This document shows positions 52,082-62,622 of a stretch of 64,000 nt of DNA, one piece after another. The stretch is from an uncultured Candidatus Binatia bacterium. Its GTDB lineage: Bacteria > Desulfobacterota > Binatia > Bin18. The DNA is taken from contig OZ243961.1 of assembly GCA_965214605.1 (NCBI GenBank), forward strand, positions 2,592,001-2,656,000. The letters run 5' to 3'. Each line of letters starts with the position of its first letter. The stretch's first letter is position 1. Made by a program: the position numbers and the translations under genes. Below the pieces are notes generated by a model, which had not been told where the DNA came from, made no database searches, and worked only from the letters and a program-made list of their open reading frames with translations.

Positions 52082-53508
52082 CCCTCCGACCCCGCACCCT
52101 CAGAGCCCGCCTGACCGTGTGGTATACCGCCCTGCTGTCGGGCATGCTGGCCATGCTCGGACTGGCCACCCTCGTGCTGTTGGAGCGCGGCTTGCGCCAG
52201 AATATCGACGCCTCGCTGGATTCCGTGGCCCGTTCCATTGTCGAAACCACGCAGACCACTCCTCACCGCCGCTTGGGACCGGGCCTTGACGAAATCCTTG
52301 AGTCCTTCTTCTTCCCGAGTTTGTCTCGCCGCTCGTTTCGGATGCTTGACCCGCTTGGTCGGCCCGACCCTCGTGTCGCGCCGCGTGGACGGCTCCAGTT
52401 TCCGATCAGCCCCCAGGCCCTGGAAAACGCCAAACATGGCCGCTCCACCTATACCACCATCAGCCTGCCCGACGTCTCGCTCTCCCCGGTCCGGCTGCTG
52501 ACCGTGCCCGTGTTTGAGCGCGGTCGGCTGCGCAACTTCATTCAGGTCGCCATGTCGCTGGAAAGCGCAGAAGCGGCCCGCTCACGTTTCCTGCTCGTCC
52601 TGACTCCGCTGGCGCTCGGTGGAGCCGGTCTAGGCGGCTGGTTTCTGGCTGGCCGCGCCCTGGCCCCGGTCGATGCAATGGTTGAGGCCGCCCGCCGAAT
52701 TGAAGCCGAAGACCTCTCACGCCGGCTTGAGGCCAACGACAACAACGATGAACTCGGCCGGCTGGCAACCGTGCTCAACGATATGCTGGCCCGCCTGGAG
52801 CGCTCCTTCAGCGCGGTCCGCCACTTTAGCGCTGACGCCGCCCACGAGCTGCGTACCCCGCTGACCATTCTGAAGGGGGAGATGGAAGTTGCGCTGCGCA
52901 CCTCGCAGACCGGCGACGAGTATCGGCAGGTGTTGGGCAGCTGCCTCGAAGAGGTAGACCGGCTGATCACCCTGGTCAATGACCTGCTCTTCCTCGCCCG
53001 CTCGGACAGCGGCCATCTCGAACTCACCCGCACGACGGTCAATCTAGCCGAGGTGCTCGAAGATGCCCGCCCGGCCCTGCTCGCCCTGGCCGAGCGTCAG
53101 ACCGTGGACTGCCACATCTCCGACCCGCCGGCGGTGTGGGTCAGCGGCAACGCCGCCCTGCTGTTTCGCCTGGTGTTCAATCTTGGCGAGAACGCCATCA
53201 AATACACCCTGGCCGGTGGCCGGGTCGAACTGCGCTTGAGTCAGTCGGCGGACGAGGCCAGGCTTGAGGTTCAGGACACCGGGCCAGGCATTGCCTCTGA
53301 AGACCAGGCCCAGATTTTTGAACGCTTCTACCGGGCCGACCCGGCCCGGACACGGGGTGGGACCGGCCTCGGTCTGGCCCTGGCCCGCTCCATCGCCGGC
53401 CTGCACAACGGGCGGATCTCGCTCACCAGCCAACCGGGACAGGGCAGCTGTTTTCAGGTCACCTTGCCGGCAAACCCTCAGCAGGCCACCGAACGGGAGA
53501 GCCGCTGA
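52078..53508 (+). CDS. Sensor histidine kinase (CusS-like, HAMP)
   Basis: AAHELRTPL, ENAIKY, DTGPGI, FERFYR, GTGLGL. Confidence 0.93.
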   Translation: MTLRPRTLRARLTVWYTALLSGMLAMLGLATLVLLERGLRQNIDASLDSVARSIVETTQTTPHRRLGPGLDEILESFFFPSLSRRSFRMLDPLGRPDPRVAPRGRLQFPISPQALENAKHGRSTYTTISLPDVSLSPVRLLTVPVFERGRLRNFIQVAMSLESAEAARSRFLLVLTPLALGGAGLGGWFLAGRALAPVDAMVEAARRIEAEDLSRRLEANDNNDELGRLATVLNDMLARLERSFSAVRHFSADAAHELRTPLTILKGEMEVALRTSQTGDEYRQVLGSCLEEVDRLITLVNDLLFLARSDSGHLELTRTTVNLAEVLEDARPALLALAERQTVDCHISDPPAVWVSGNAALLFRLVFNLGENAIKYTLAGGRVELRLSQSADEARLEVQDTGPGIASEDQAQIFERFYRADPARTRGGTGLGLALARSIAGLHNGRISLTSQPGQGSCFQVTLPANPQQATERESR

Positions 53509-53574
53509 ATCCAGGCGTGTCCATTGATTTTCTGTGGTCTTCTCTCCACAATGGCACGATGCTGAGGGAACTCC

Positions 53575-54018
53575 GTGCTTGAAACCGTTCTGCTGCTGGC
53601 CGGCTGCGCGCTGTTTGGGGCCGCGGCCGTGTGTGACCTATACAGCCGCTCCATTCCCGACCGGGTGCCGCTCGGGTTGCTGGCGGTGTTTGGCGTGTAT
53701 GCCGCAATCGCCCAGGTGGCCCCGCTGTGGACTCATCTGGTCACCGCCGCGGTTCTGCTGTTGGTCGGCTTTGGCCTGTTCGTCGCCGGCGCGCTTGGCG
53801 GAGGCGACGGCAAGCTGCTGGCCGTTGCCGGCCTGTGGATCGGCCCGTTCGATATCAGTCTGTTTCTGGTCGGCATGGGACTGCTCAGTCTCGGCCTTGG
53901 CCTATTCAGCCTACTGCCGTTTGCCGTCACCCGCCGATTGCGGTCGAATCTCCCACTGGCGTTGGCCATTGCCCCACCGGCCGTTGTCGTGTTGACATCG
54001 CGCGCCTTTTTCGCCTGA
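53575..54018 (+). CDS. cpaA: Prepilin peptidase (A24, TadV/CpaA)
   Basis: DLYSRSIPD and GGGDGKLL aspartate motifs. Confidence 0.85.
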   Translation: MLETVLLLAGCALFGAAAVCDLYSRSIPDRVPLGLLAVFGVYAAIAQVAPLWTHLVTAAVLLLVGFGLFVAGALGGGDGKLLAVAGLWIGPFDISLFLVGMGLLSLGLGLFSLLPFAVTRRLRSNLPLALAIAPPAVVVLTSRAFFA

Positions 54019-54025
54019 GACGCCT

Positions 54026-54895
54026 ATGCGACGCTATCGTTCCGTGCTCCTGATCGTGCTCCTGGTGATCGTCCCGATCAGCGCTCTAGCAGTCAGCGTG
54101 TGGCTGTATTTGGGCCAGCCGGACGAGACGGAGGGGGAACCGCCGCCTCCGCCGCCTCCGCCGCCTCCGCCGCCGCTGGTCGATGTGTGGGCCGCAGCCG
54201 GTGACCTGGATGTCGGCGTCCTGCTTGTCGCCGACGATATTACCACTGTCCCGCTTGAGGCCGAGGCCATCTTTCCAAACTACCTACGGCAGGACCAGAT
54301 TGATATGTCGGAGGTGGCCGGCTCGGTGGTCCGCACCCCGCTGTTGGCCGGTATGCCGCTCACCTGGGCACAACTGGTGCGGTCCGGCCAGGACGGTTTT
54401 CTGGCTGCGGTCCTTGTCCCCAACCACCGGGCCGTCACCATTACGGTCGATCAGGAGACGAGCCACGCCGGCCTCATCTCGCCGGGCGACCGGGTCGATG
54501 TCATCTTCACCACGCAGACCGACGCCAACGGCCAGCTCAGTACTGTCAGCCGGACGGTCCTGGAGAATATCCGGGTGGTGGCTGTCAACCGGCGGATTGA
54601 GCAGCGCGCCAGCGAAGCCCAATCCCAGGAGGGCGAGGGCGGCCAGCAAGATACCGCACAGACGGTGACGCTCGAAGTGTTGCCCCTAGAGGCCGACCAG
54701 CTCGTGCTGGCCACGAGCCGGGGCAGTCTGTCGCTGGCTCTGCGTCCTCTCAGCCGGGCTGGCGGTTTTGGCCGGCGGCCAGCGGTCGGCGTCACAATGC
54801 TCCTGCAACCGGAAGCGCCGGATCCGGTCCGGGTCCAGATCTACCGTGGCACCAGTCGGGAAGAAGTGCTGATGACCGAAAGGCTCTCTGACTAG
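54026..54895 (+). CDS. cpaB: Flp pilus assembly protein CpaB/RcpC
   Basis: TM + SAF domain, RAVTITV, GLISPGDRVDVI, LSLALR. Confidence 0.88.
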   Translation: MRRYRSVLLIVLLVIVPISALAVSVWLYLGQPDETEGEPPPPPPPPPPPPLVDVWAAAGDLDVGVLLVADDITTVPLEAEAIFPNYLRQDQIDMSEVAGSVVRTPLLAGMPLTWAQLVRSGQDGFLAAVLVPNHRAVTITVDQETSHAGLISPGDRVDVIFTTQTDANGQLSTVSRTVLENIRVVAVNRRIEQRASEAQSQEGEGGQQDTAQTVTLEVLPLEADQLVLATSRGSLSLALRPLSRAGGFGRRPAVGVTMLLQPEAPDPVRVQIYRGTSREEVLMTERLSD

Positions 54896-55857
54896 CCGCC
54901 GCTGATGCTGCGTAGCGCATCAAGCGTCATCAAGAAGCTCGGGCCGGCGACCAGGAGAACCGTGCCCGGCGTCACCATCAGCAGCATGGGCATACTCATC
55001 AGCACCGGTAAACGCTCAATCTGGCTGGCGATACGGGCTGCCCGCTGGGCTCGTTCACTGCGGGCAATGTTCTGCATCGACTGGGTGAGCGGCGTACCGT
55101 AGCGCTCGCCCTGGATAATAGTGGTGGCCAGGTCGCGTAAACCCTCTACTTCAGTCCGGGTGTATAGGTTTTGCAGGACGGTCCTGCGCTCAGCCCCAAT
55201 GCGGAGTTCGGTCTCAACCTGGCCGAACTCCCTGGCCAGATCAGGGGCCAGCGGTACGAGTTCCTGGGCGACTCTGGTCAGGGAGCGCTCAAAGGTGAGA
55301 CCGGATTCAAGACACAGGGACAGCAGGTCGAGGGCATCGGGGAGGGCGGTGACCATTCTGGTGTGCCGGCGAGTTACCAGGTAGCGCAAACCCGTCTCGG
55401 GCATTATTCCGCCAACCACCGCTCCGACCAGCCCGGCTACTACAATCAGCCCCGTATAGCTTCCCAGAAGATCGGTCTGGGCCGCCTGGAAGCCGGCCAG
55501 CAGGCCGCCGGCCAGGGTACCAACGAGCTTGGCGGACATGAACACCGCCAGAGCATCGGTTTGGTGGAAGCCGGCCTTGCGGAGGAGATGATTGAGCTTG
55601 GCGCGCTCGTCGGTCCCGACCGGGACCAGCAGAGAGGCAAACTTGAGTACGCCGACCGAGACTCTCAGATGCAGAGGGCGGCCCGAGGCTTGACGGCGGG
55701 TGCGGGGCTCGGGTTCTCCATAGACCGCCGCTGCCCAGGCCCGTACCTGGCTCAGTCGTCGGTCAAGTACCTGGACGCGGCGGGTTTCCTGCAACACCAG
55801 ACGGACCAGCACGGCGACAATGGGCAGGGCCATAACAAGGGTCAGCAGTATGAGCAT
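54892..55857 (-). CDS. tadC: Tad pilus protein TadC
   Basis: LPDALDLLSLCLESG, QGERYGTP. Confidence 0.88.
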   Translation of the reverse strand: MLILLTLVMALPIVAVLVRLVLQETRRVQVLDRRLSQVRAWAAAVYGEPEPRTRRQASGRPLHLRVSVGVLKFASLLVPVGTDERAKLNHLLRKAGFHQTDALAVFMSAKLVGTLAGGLLAGFQAAQTDLLGSYTGLIVVAGLVGAVVGGIMPETGLRYLVTRRHTRMVTALPDALDLLSLCLESGLTFERSLTRVAQELVPLAPDLAREFGQVETELRIGAERRTVLQNLYTRTEVEGLRDLATTIIQGERYGTPLTQSMQNIARSERAQRAARIASQIERLPVLMSMPMLLMVTPGTVLLVAGPSFLMTLDALRSISGG

Positions 55858-55871
55858 GCCTCTTCTCCGTC

Positions 55872-56903
55872 TCAGCGGATGACACGGGCGGCCAGATTGC
55901 GGGCAATCAGCAGCCCGACAACTATGAAGCCAATACCGTAACGCAGCAGGCCTGCGCCCGATTCAGTATAGAACAGAGTCTCAACTGCCTTCGGGTTGGT
56001 GAATTTCTGTATCGACAGCACCACTATCGGAAGTATGGCGATGATTATCAGGGTCAGCCGGGTCTGGGCCGTTGCGCTCTGGGCCTTGAGAGCGCTTTCA
56101 CGGCGGGCACGCAGGGTGGCCGACAGATTGGTGAGTGCGCCCGAGATAGCTCCGCCGGTTGTCCGTTGCAGGCAGACGGCGGCGGAAAACAGGGTGAACT
56201 CAGAGATGCGGACACGGGCTGCGGTGCCGCGGATAACTGTCTCTGGGTCAAGTCCGGCATCCGTGCCTTCCTTGATCGCTCCCAACACATTGCTGACCGG
56301 CGGCCGGGCCTCCCCCGCCACAGCGGAGATGGCTTCCGTCGAAGGCAGACCAGCCCGCATGAGGCGCACCACATGGTCTACAGCCTCGGGAAAGATCCGC
56401 AAAAACTCGGCCCGTTGACGGGAGTCTTTGATAGCCAGCACAGAATAGCTGGCTCCCAGCCAGCCGACCAGCGCCAGCAGCAGGCTGAGGACTAGCCCGA
56501 ACCGGGTAAAGAACAGCCCGATAAAGGTCATGACCGCGGCCAGCCCGGCCAGCCCGAGTGCTTTTGGCACGGCTTTGTCGGCCTCCAGCATGGAGAACTT
56601 GTGCTCAATCCGGTCGAGCAGCCAGGAGTTGGCCCGCCGCTGGCGGAAGACGCTGATCTCGACCGTGGCCTCGCCATCGGCTGGAGTCTCGCCACTCAGC
56701 AGGGCGGCCACCCGTCGCAACCGACGGTCAAGTGCCTTGCGCTCTTTGCGGGTATCAAGCCACAGCATGATGACGAGGGATTCGACGAGCAGAGCGGCTA
56801 GAGCGCTGATTATACTCATCAGCACACTGCCGGCCAACGCCAGGGCGACCACTGCCGGGATCAGAACGCCCACGACACAAGCGATAATCAATATCGGGGT
56901 CAT
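55872..56903 (-). CDS. tadB: Tad pilus protein TadB
   Basis: [22 protein letters not shown]. Confidence 0.85.
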   Translation of the reverse strand: MTPILIIACVVGVLIPAVVALALAGSVLMSIISALAALLVESLVIMLWLDTRKERKALDRRLRRVAALLSGETPADGEATVEISVFRQRRANSWLLDRIEHKFSMLEADKAVPKALGLAGLAAVMTFIGLFFTRFGLVLSLLLALVGWLGASYSVLAIKDSRQRAEFLRIFPEAVDHVVRLMRAGLPSTEAISAVAGEARPPVSNVLGAIKEGTDAGLDPETVIRGTAARVRISEFTLFSAAVCLQRTTGGAISGALTNLSATLRARRESALKAQSATAQTRLTLIIIAILPIVVLSIQKFTNPKAVETLFYTESGAGLLRYGIGFIVVGLLIARNLAARVIR

Positions 56904-58309
56904 GCCGCAGCCTCCACCTCGTTGCCGCTCTCTTGGAGCACTTCCATGAGTTCGGCCCGTAGGCCCGCGGCCTCAATCGCCTCAATCCAGGAAGGTTGGC
57001 GACCCGTGCCCTCAAACACATGGGCCTCGCCCGGTAGCCGCCTCCACATCTCCTCAGTCGTTACCACCTCGCCCTCTAGCCCGGCCACATCGGTAATACT
57101 GGTCACGCAGCGGTGGCCGGAGCGCAGCCGGGCCATCTGGACGATGACATCGAGGGCCGACACAATCTGCCGACGGATAGCCATTAGCGGCATGTCGGTT
57201 GCGGTCATCATCAGCATGTTCTCAAGCCGCATCAGCGCGTCGCGGGGATTGTTGGCGTGGACCGTACACATTGAACCGGGGTGGCCGGTGTTCATTGCCT
57301 GCAACATTTCGTTGGCTTCTTCGCCCCGGACCTCGCCGACAATGATCCGGTCGGGCCGCATCCGCAAAGCGTTGATCAGCAGCTCCCGGATCGTCACCCG
57401 GCCGGTGCCCTCGCTGCTCACTGTGCGCGTTTCCAGCCGGACGACGTGCGGTTGCTGGAGCTGGAGTTCGGCCGAGTCTTCGATTGTTACCAACCGCTCC
57501 GTATTGTTGATCTCGCGCGACAGGGCGTTCATGAAGGTCGTCTTGCCGGCCCCGGTGCCCCCGGCGATCAGAATGTTCAGGCGGGCTTTGACGCAGATCC
57601 GGAGCAGCTTTGCCATGACTGGGGTAAAGCTCTGACGGTCGGCCATGTCTTCTAGGCCGATGCCCTTGACCACAAAGCGGCGGATTGAGATGGCTGCCCC
57701 GTCGATCGCCAGCGGGGGGATGATAATATTGACTCGGCTGCCGTCGGGCAGACGGGCGTCCACCATCGGGCTGGCCTCGTCCACTCGTCGGCCAACCCAG
57801 CCGGCGATGCGCTGGGCAATGTTCAACAGGTGTTGCTCGTCGCGAAACCTGATGTCGACCTGCTCCAGCTTGCCCCGACGTTCGATATAGACCGATTTGG
57901 TGCCGTTAACCAGGATGTCGGAGATATGTGGGTCACTGAACAGCGGCTCCAACGGACCGAGCCCCTTGATGTCGTCCACTAACCGGTTGACGACCTTCTG
58001 GCGGTCAAGCGGAGTCAGGTCGGAGGCAACAGAATCCTCAGTATCGAGAAAGGCCCGGAGCTGAACAGCCAGGTCGTCACGGTCCAGCTCAGCCGCCTTG
58101 GCCATGTCAAGGTTCTCGACAATGACCGGGTGCAGCTTGGTTGCCATGTCGGCGATCAAGGTCGAGGCGGTCCGGGTGCGGACCGGGGCGATGGATTCGA
58201 CCGGCTCGGCAACCGTCGGCGCTTCGCGGCGGTCCTGGGGTGCTTCGCGGTGTTTCGGGGCCGGCTTTTTGGCTGCCTTGGGGCGGCGTCCAAAAGGACT
58301 GCGTGCCAT
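56900..58309 (-). CDS. tadA: Tad pilus ATPase CpaF/TadA
   Basis: [37 protein letters not shown]. Confidence 0.95.
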   Translation of the reverse strand: MARSPFGRRPKAAKKPAPKHREAPQDRREAPTVAEPVESIAPVRTRTASTLIADMATKLHPVIVENLDMAKAAELDRDDLAVQLRAFLDTEDSVASDLTPLDRQKVVNRLVDDIKGLGPLEPLFSDPHISDILVNGTKSVYIERRGKLEQVDIRFRDEQHLLNIAQRIAGWVGRRVDEASPMVDARLPDGSRVNIIIPPLAIDGAAISIRRFVVKGIGLEDMADRQSFTPVMAKLLRICVKARLNILIAGGTGAGKTTFMNALSREINNTERLVTIEDSAELQLQQPHVVRLETRTVSSEGTGRVTIRELLINALRMRPDRIIVGEVRGEEANEMLQAMNTGHPGSMCTVHANNPRDALMRLENMLMMTATDMPLMAIRRQIVSALDVIVQMARLRSGHRCVTSITDVAGLEGEVVTTEEMWRRLPGEAHVFEGTGRQPSWIEAIEAAGLRAELMEVLQESGNEVEAAA

Positions 58310-58352
58310 GGGCTATCCTTTCCTGGTGAGTTGGGATCGCGCTCCCCTCTCA

Positions 58353-59492
58353 TCACTCTCGTCCGCTCTCTTCTACCAGCGAGACTGTCTGGTGTATTAA
58401 GGTGTCGGTCAGCTGGCTCAGTGCGGTTCGGTATTTTTTGCTCAGGTTGCGCTCCGGCCAGCCGTGGTTGGTGGCTGTCGGCAGGGCCGGCTCAAATGGT
58501 ATGGTCACGTCGGGGGTACGGCCGGCTAGAGCGTAGCTGATCTCATCCGAGGCCAGCGCGCCTTTCTTTGCCCGGGTGTGGCTCTCGACCAAGATGACCG
58601 GGCGCTCCTTGCCCAGCAGGGCGAGACGATGGACCGCTCGGTTGAGGCTGACCAGGGTCGGTTCATAGACCAGCACCCGATCGTCGGCGTGCTCAAAGAT
58701 GGAGAACAGCGTATCAGTATCGGTCGCGCCGTCTACGATAACGAGGTGCGAGCGGTTGGCAAGCTGCTCGATCAGCCATTGGACCGCGTCGGCGGCCGGT
58801 TGCGGGGGCAGACTGTCGCCGACGCGGTAGCCGTAGACCGAGATGCGGGGCGAGACCGTGGTCCGTACGCCGTCGATCAGGTCTGGGTTGGGCTCGGCAG
58901 TGGCGGCGATCTCAAGGAGTTCTTCCAGACCCTGGGCCGGCTCGACATCGAGCATCAGCGGCAGCGCCCCGGAGGTCCGCTCTAGGTCGAGCGCCGAGAC
59001 ATAGCTGCCCCGGCTGGCCGCGGTCCGGGTTGTCACCGCGGCCAGGGTTGTGGCTCCACTCCCGCCGCAACTAGCAAAGGCGATGACCCGCCCGGCATAC
59101 AGCCGGGCCGGACCGTCGTCGTTTTTGAGGGCGGTTGTCACCGCGTCGTGAATATCGTTGACGGTCACCGGCTTAGGCAGGTAGTCGCTGACCCCGTAGG
59201 CGAGCAGTTCACGGGTGAAGCGGGCGGTGTCGTTGGAACTGATGGCTACTACCAGGGTCCCCAGCTCGCATACGCCCGCCAACTCGTGGATACGGCCGGT
59301 GGGGAACTCGCTGCCATCGAGATCGACGAATATCAACCGGGGCGAAGCGGCGGTGGCCAGGGTCTTGATAGCCGCTGTAATATCGCTGCGCTGCACCTGC
59401 GCGCCGCGGCCGGCCAGGGCCTCGCTTAGGACTTTTTCGGTTGCCGCATCTACGGCAAAGGCGCGGATCTCGTTATTGTCTGTGGCTTCCAT
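58353..59492 (-). CDS. cpaE: CpaE/TadZ (receiver-like + MinD-like)
   Basis: GVSDYLPKP, GGSGATTLA. Confidence 0.82.
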   Translation of the reverse strand: MEATDNNEIRAFAVDAATEKVLSEALAGRGAQVQRSDITAAIKTLATAASPRLIFVDLDGSEFPTGRIHELAGVCELGTLVVAISSNDTARFTRELLAYGVSDYLPKPVTVNDIHDAVTTALKNDDGPARLYAGRVIAFASCGGSGATTLAAVTTRTAASRGSYVSALDLERTSGALPLMLDVEPAQGLEELLEIAATAEPNPDLIDGVRTTVSPRISVYGYRVGDSLPPQPAADAVQWLIEQLANRSHLVIVDGATDTDTLFSIFEHADDRVLVYEPTLVSLNRAVHRLALLGKERPVILVESHTRAKKGALASDEISYALAGRTPDVTIPFEPALPTATNHGWPERNLSKKYRTALSQLTDTLIHQTVSLVEESGRE

Positions 59493-59828
59493 ATCAGGCT
59501 TGGAGGATTACCGGATTGACTAGGCCGGTGCACTCAACGAGGGTGCGCAGAGCGGTCAGAGTTTCGTCCTGCTGTTGTCTTTTCATTGCTTTCACCGTGA
59601 CCTCATGCTGCTCTCGGGGCGTTGGTGCTTCGGCAAAGGCGGTTATGATTTCTTTGCCGCCTGTACGATGGTCGGCAGAGGAACGTATCGGAGGCTCCGG
59701 GCCAGACGATGCTTATGAATAGAGGGCGGCGACTTCTCAATGGCTTCGATGACTCCCCGGTACTCCTCAAGGCCCAGCGCTCGCTTTTCTAAGGGGGCTG
59801 TTCGGCCATGTTTTTTTGTCATGAGCTT

Positions 59829-60122
59829 CTACTCGTCAATGACCATGGTTGCGACCTCGGGCAGTTCCTTGGCCTCGTCATTTGACCAGCGGCTGTAGGC
59901 CCCGGAGACCGAGCCGTGGGCATCTTTCGGCCGACCGCCGGCCGCGGCCTTCACATTCCTGTTCCGTACGGTCTCGGCAGTATCAATCAGGTGCTGGGCT
60001 TCTTCGAGTTTGACGAGGACGGAACGGCTTGACGGAAGGGTGGTGCGGTCAAGGGCCAGCGGCAGCACCGCGCAGCCTGTGGCGGCAAGGGTCAGACAGA
60101 GGGCCGGAATTATAGACGTCAT
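59829..60122 (-). CDS. Small lipoprotein in the Tad cluster
   Basis: Lipobox LAATG-C; directly downstream of the secretin gene. Confidence 0.5.
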   Translation of the reverse strand: MTSIIPALCLTLAATGCAVLPLALDRTTLPSSRSVLVKLEEAQHLIDTAETVRNRNVKAAAGGRPKDAHGSVSGAYSRWSNDEAKELPEVATMVIDE

Positions 60123-60169
60123 GTGCCTTTTCCTCATTTTGGTGCATAAGGCCGGCATACTCTCTCCAT

Positions 60170-62101
60170 CTAATAATAATAGCCTCGGAGGCGAAGGCCG
60201 GTAGTCGGCTGCTCACGATTTTCGGCCAGCGGTATGCTTGTGGCATCGGTCAGCCGGGCGGTGACAACGATGATGAGTTCGGTGGCGTTGGAGCGGACCG
60301 AACGGCTGCCGAATAGTAGATTGACGAAGGGAATGTCTTTGAGAAGCGGCATGCCGGATTCGCGCGATTCGCTCTGGTCACGGTACAGGCCGGCGATGAC
60401 GATGGACTCGCCGTTCCCGACCTCAACGGTGGTCTCGGCCCGCCGGCCGTCAATGACCGGAATATCCAGCCCTTCGGCCCGGAGCGATTCGGTCTCGGAG
60501 CGTTGCGAGACCTCGGAACGGACGGTCAGGACGATCCGTCCGGCGTTTACCACGGTCGGCACGAAGTCGAGCAGTACGCCGAATTTCTTGTAGACGAAGG
60601 TAATCGCGCCGTCCCTAAAGCCGGCCGGAAGCGGAAACTCGCCGCCGGAAAAAAAGCTGGCGGTTTCGCCGGAGATGGCGGTCAGGCTGGGCCGGGCCAG
60701 AATGCTGACGAGGCCGGCGGTGGCCAGGGCGTCAAGCAGAGCGGTGACCCGGGTGCCGTTAATGAACTGGCTTGTGCCCAGGGCGACGGCTTCGCCGCCG
60801 GGTAGAATAGCCCGTACGAGCGTGCCGGTCTCCTCGTCAATAAAGTTGAAGCGGCCGATCTGGAAGCCGGTGAAGCCTCCCGGTCGGTGGGGTTCGATAG
60901 CTTCCCAGTTGATGCCCAGGGCTTCACTGACGCTGCGGCTCATCTCGGCGATCTGGACCTCAAGGTTGACCTGTTGTGCGCCCGAGACGACGAGTCGGTT
61001 GGTGACCGGAACCTCGTCGGGCAGGGCGGCCGCGGCCAGCCGGACGGCTAGGTCGGCCTGGGCTGAGGAGGTCACCTCGCCGCTGAGTTCAACCCCTTTG
61101 CTGAGCTGGCGTACACTGACATCCTTGAGTTCTTGTGTGCCTTCCAGGGCGCTCTGTACCGGGCCGACATCAATCACGGTGGCCACGGTCCAGGCGGCGA
61201 TCATCTCGCCGGCGGCGTCAAGTGCGGCGACTGAGGTACGGCCAATGGCTTTGCCGACAAGGTGGAGGATGCTGGGGGAGACGAGACTAACGTCGGCGAT
61301 GTCGGGATCACCGACAAAAATGGATCCGGCCGTGGTGTCAAGGCGGAGGAGGTGGCTATGGCCGAGGGGTAGGGTGAGGAGGGGGGCGGAAGGGGGCGAT
61401 TGTAGACGAGTGGCAGTGGGCTGGGCTGGTTGCGCCGGGGTCTGGGAAATCTGGGGCGGTTGTGGGTTTGGCCGGGCGGTTTGCCTCTCTCCTTGATCCT
61501 CTCTCTGGGGGAGCAGAACAGGGGCTTGAGAGTGGGTTTTTGCAGTCTGTTCTTCCTCCTGGGTTGACCGCTCACTGGTCATGGGTCCCTTGTTTTTTTG
61601 CATGTCGAGCACGATCTTGGTCATGCTGCCCTGGCGTAGAGGGAAGGTGTGCAGGTGGTAGTCGCCGGTGAGGGTAGCGGTGAGGGTGCGGCCGTCAGGA
61701 GCAAGGACGACTTCGCTAATGTATGCGCCGAGGTACTGTCGGACCTGCTCAAGACTGGTGTTCATCCGGCGATCGAACTCCACGGTCAGGAGTCTGTCGT
61801 CTATGCCGGCGGTGTAGCCGACGGCTTGAGGCCAGTCAAAGACGATGCGGCCGTAGTCGTCATGCGCCCAGGCACGGATGATGACCTGCTCGGCGGTCTG
61901 TCTCTCTCTCCGGCCCTCCTCCTCAAGGGAGGGAGGGACTGCTTGTGGCTGATCGGTCGATCCGAGGTCTGCCGGCTGAGCGCAAGCGGGTCTGTCGCCC
62001 CCCACCGATAGCGAAAGGGCGACAAGGGTTCCGCATGTGAGCTTGAGTATTGGCTGTAGCGCATCAAACACTGTGCCTGAGTACCCTACAGCCTGAAACA
62101 C
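60170..62101 (-). CDS. rcpA: Tad secretin RcpA/CpaC with N-terminal extension
   Basis: IFVGDPDIADV, QVNLEVQIAE, SGETASFFSGGEFP, PLLKDIP, ELIIVVT; start uncertain. Confidence 0.88.
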   Translation of the reverse strand: MFQAVGYSGTVFDALQPILKLTCGTLVALSLSVGGDRPACAQPADLGSTDQPQAVPPSLEEEGRRERQTAEQVIIRAWAHDDYGRIVFDWPQAVGYTAGIDDRLLTVEFDRRMNTSLEQVRQYLGAYISEVVLAPDGRTLTATLTGDYHLHTFPLRQGSMTKIVLDMQKNKGPMTSERSTQEEEQTAKTHSQAPVLLPQREDQGERQTARPNPQPPQISQTPAQPAQPTATRLQSPPSAPLLTLPLGHSHLLRLDTTAGSIFVGDPDIADVSLVSPSILHLVGKAIGRTSVAALDAAGEMIAAWTVATVIDVGPVQSALEGTQELKDVSVRQLSKGVELSGEVTSSAQADLAVRLAAAALPDEVPVTNRLVVSGAQQVNLEVQIAEMSRSVSEALGINWEAIEPHRPGGFTGFQIGRFNFIDEETGTLVRAILPGGEAVALGTSQFINGTRVTALLDALATAGLVSILARPSLTAISGETASFFSGGEFPLPAGFRDGAITFVYKKFGVLLDFVPTVVNAGRIVLTVRSEVSQRSETESLRAEGLDIPVIDGRRAETTVEVGNGESIVIAGLYRDQSESRESGMPLLKDIPFVNLLFGSRSVRSNATELIIVVTARLTDATSIPLAENREQPTTGLRLRGYYY

Positions 62102-62248
62102 AATCAGGCAACGATGCCCGGATATCCGTGCCTAGACGCTTGGTTTCCAGCAGCACCAAATGGTATCATTTGGTGCTGCCACTGTCGGCAGTATCGGGAT
62201 TTAGATCAGAAGCAGTAGGGCAACGCGGTTTAATCGTTGCCGCCCCGA

Positions 62249-62485
62249 CTAGTCAGCAGTATCGGGCCCTAGATCAGTAACAGTAGGTGCCGTGATATCG
62301 ACCGTCCCCAGACTCTCCCCTATGTTGTCTAGCAGAAGATCCATATCTTCGACAAATGTCGCCACCCCTGCTCCTATGCCCGCAACGACTACTCCCGTCA
62401 GAATCGCGTATTCGATGGCAGAGACGGCTTTGGTGTTGCGCAGATAGTGGCGGAATTCCTTCGTGTAGTGTCTGAGTGTAGTCAT
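62249..62485 (-). CDS. flp: Flp family type IVb pilin
   Basis: KA|VSAIEYAILTGVVVAGI hydrophobic helix. Confidence 0.8.
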   Translation of the reverse strand: MTTLRHYTKEFRHYLRNTKAVSAIEYAILTGVVVAGIGAGVATFVEDMDLLLDNIGESLGTVDITAPTVTDLGPDTAD

Positions 62486-62622
62486 GGTCTTTCTCCTTTC
62501 CTGGAGGGTTAAGGTTTATCGTATCGTACGGCTGGGTTGCATTTCCAATGGCATTCAGTGCATGGAGTCCTCCTGATCGGTTTGGGCTGGTAGTTGTCCC
62601 GTTTGTTGTTCATGGCTCTGTT

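Noticed and set aside
62507-62613. 34-aa Cys-containing ORF between tadG and flp
   Set aside because: Too short, no clear RBS or family resemblance; probably the flp promoter region
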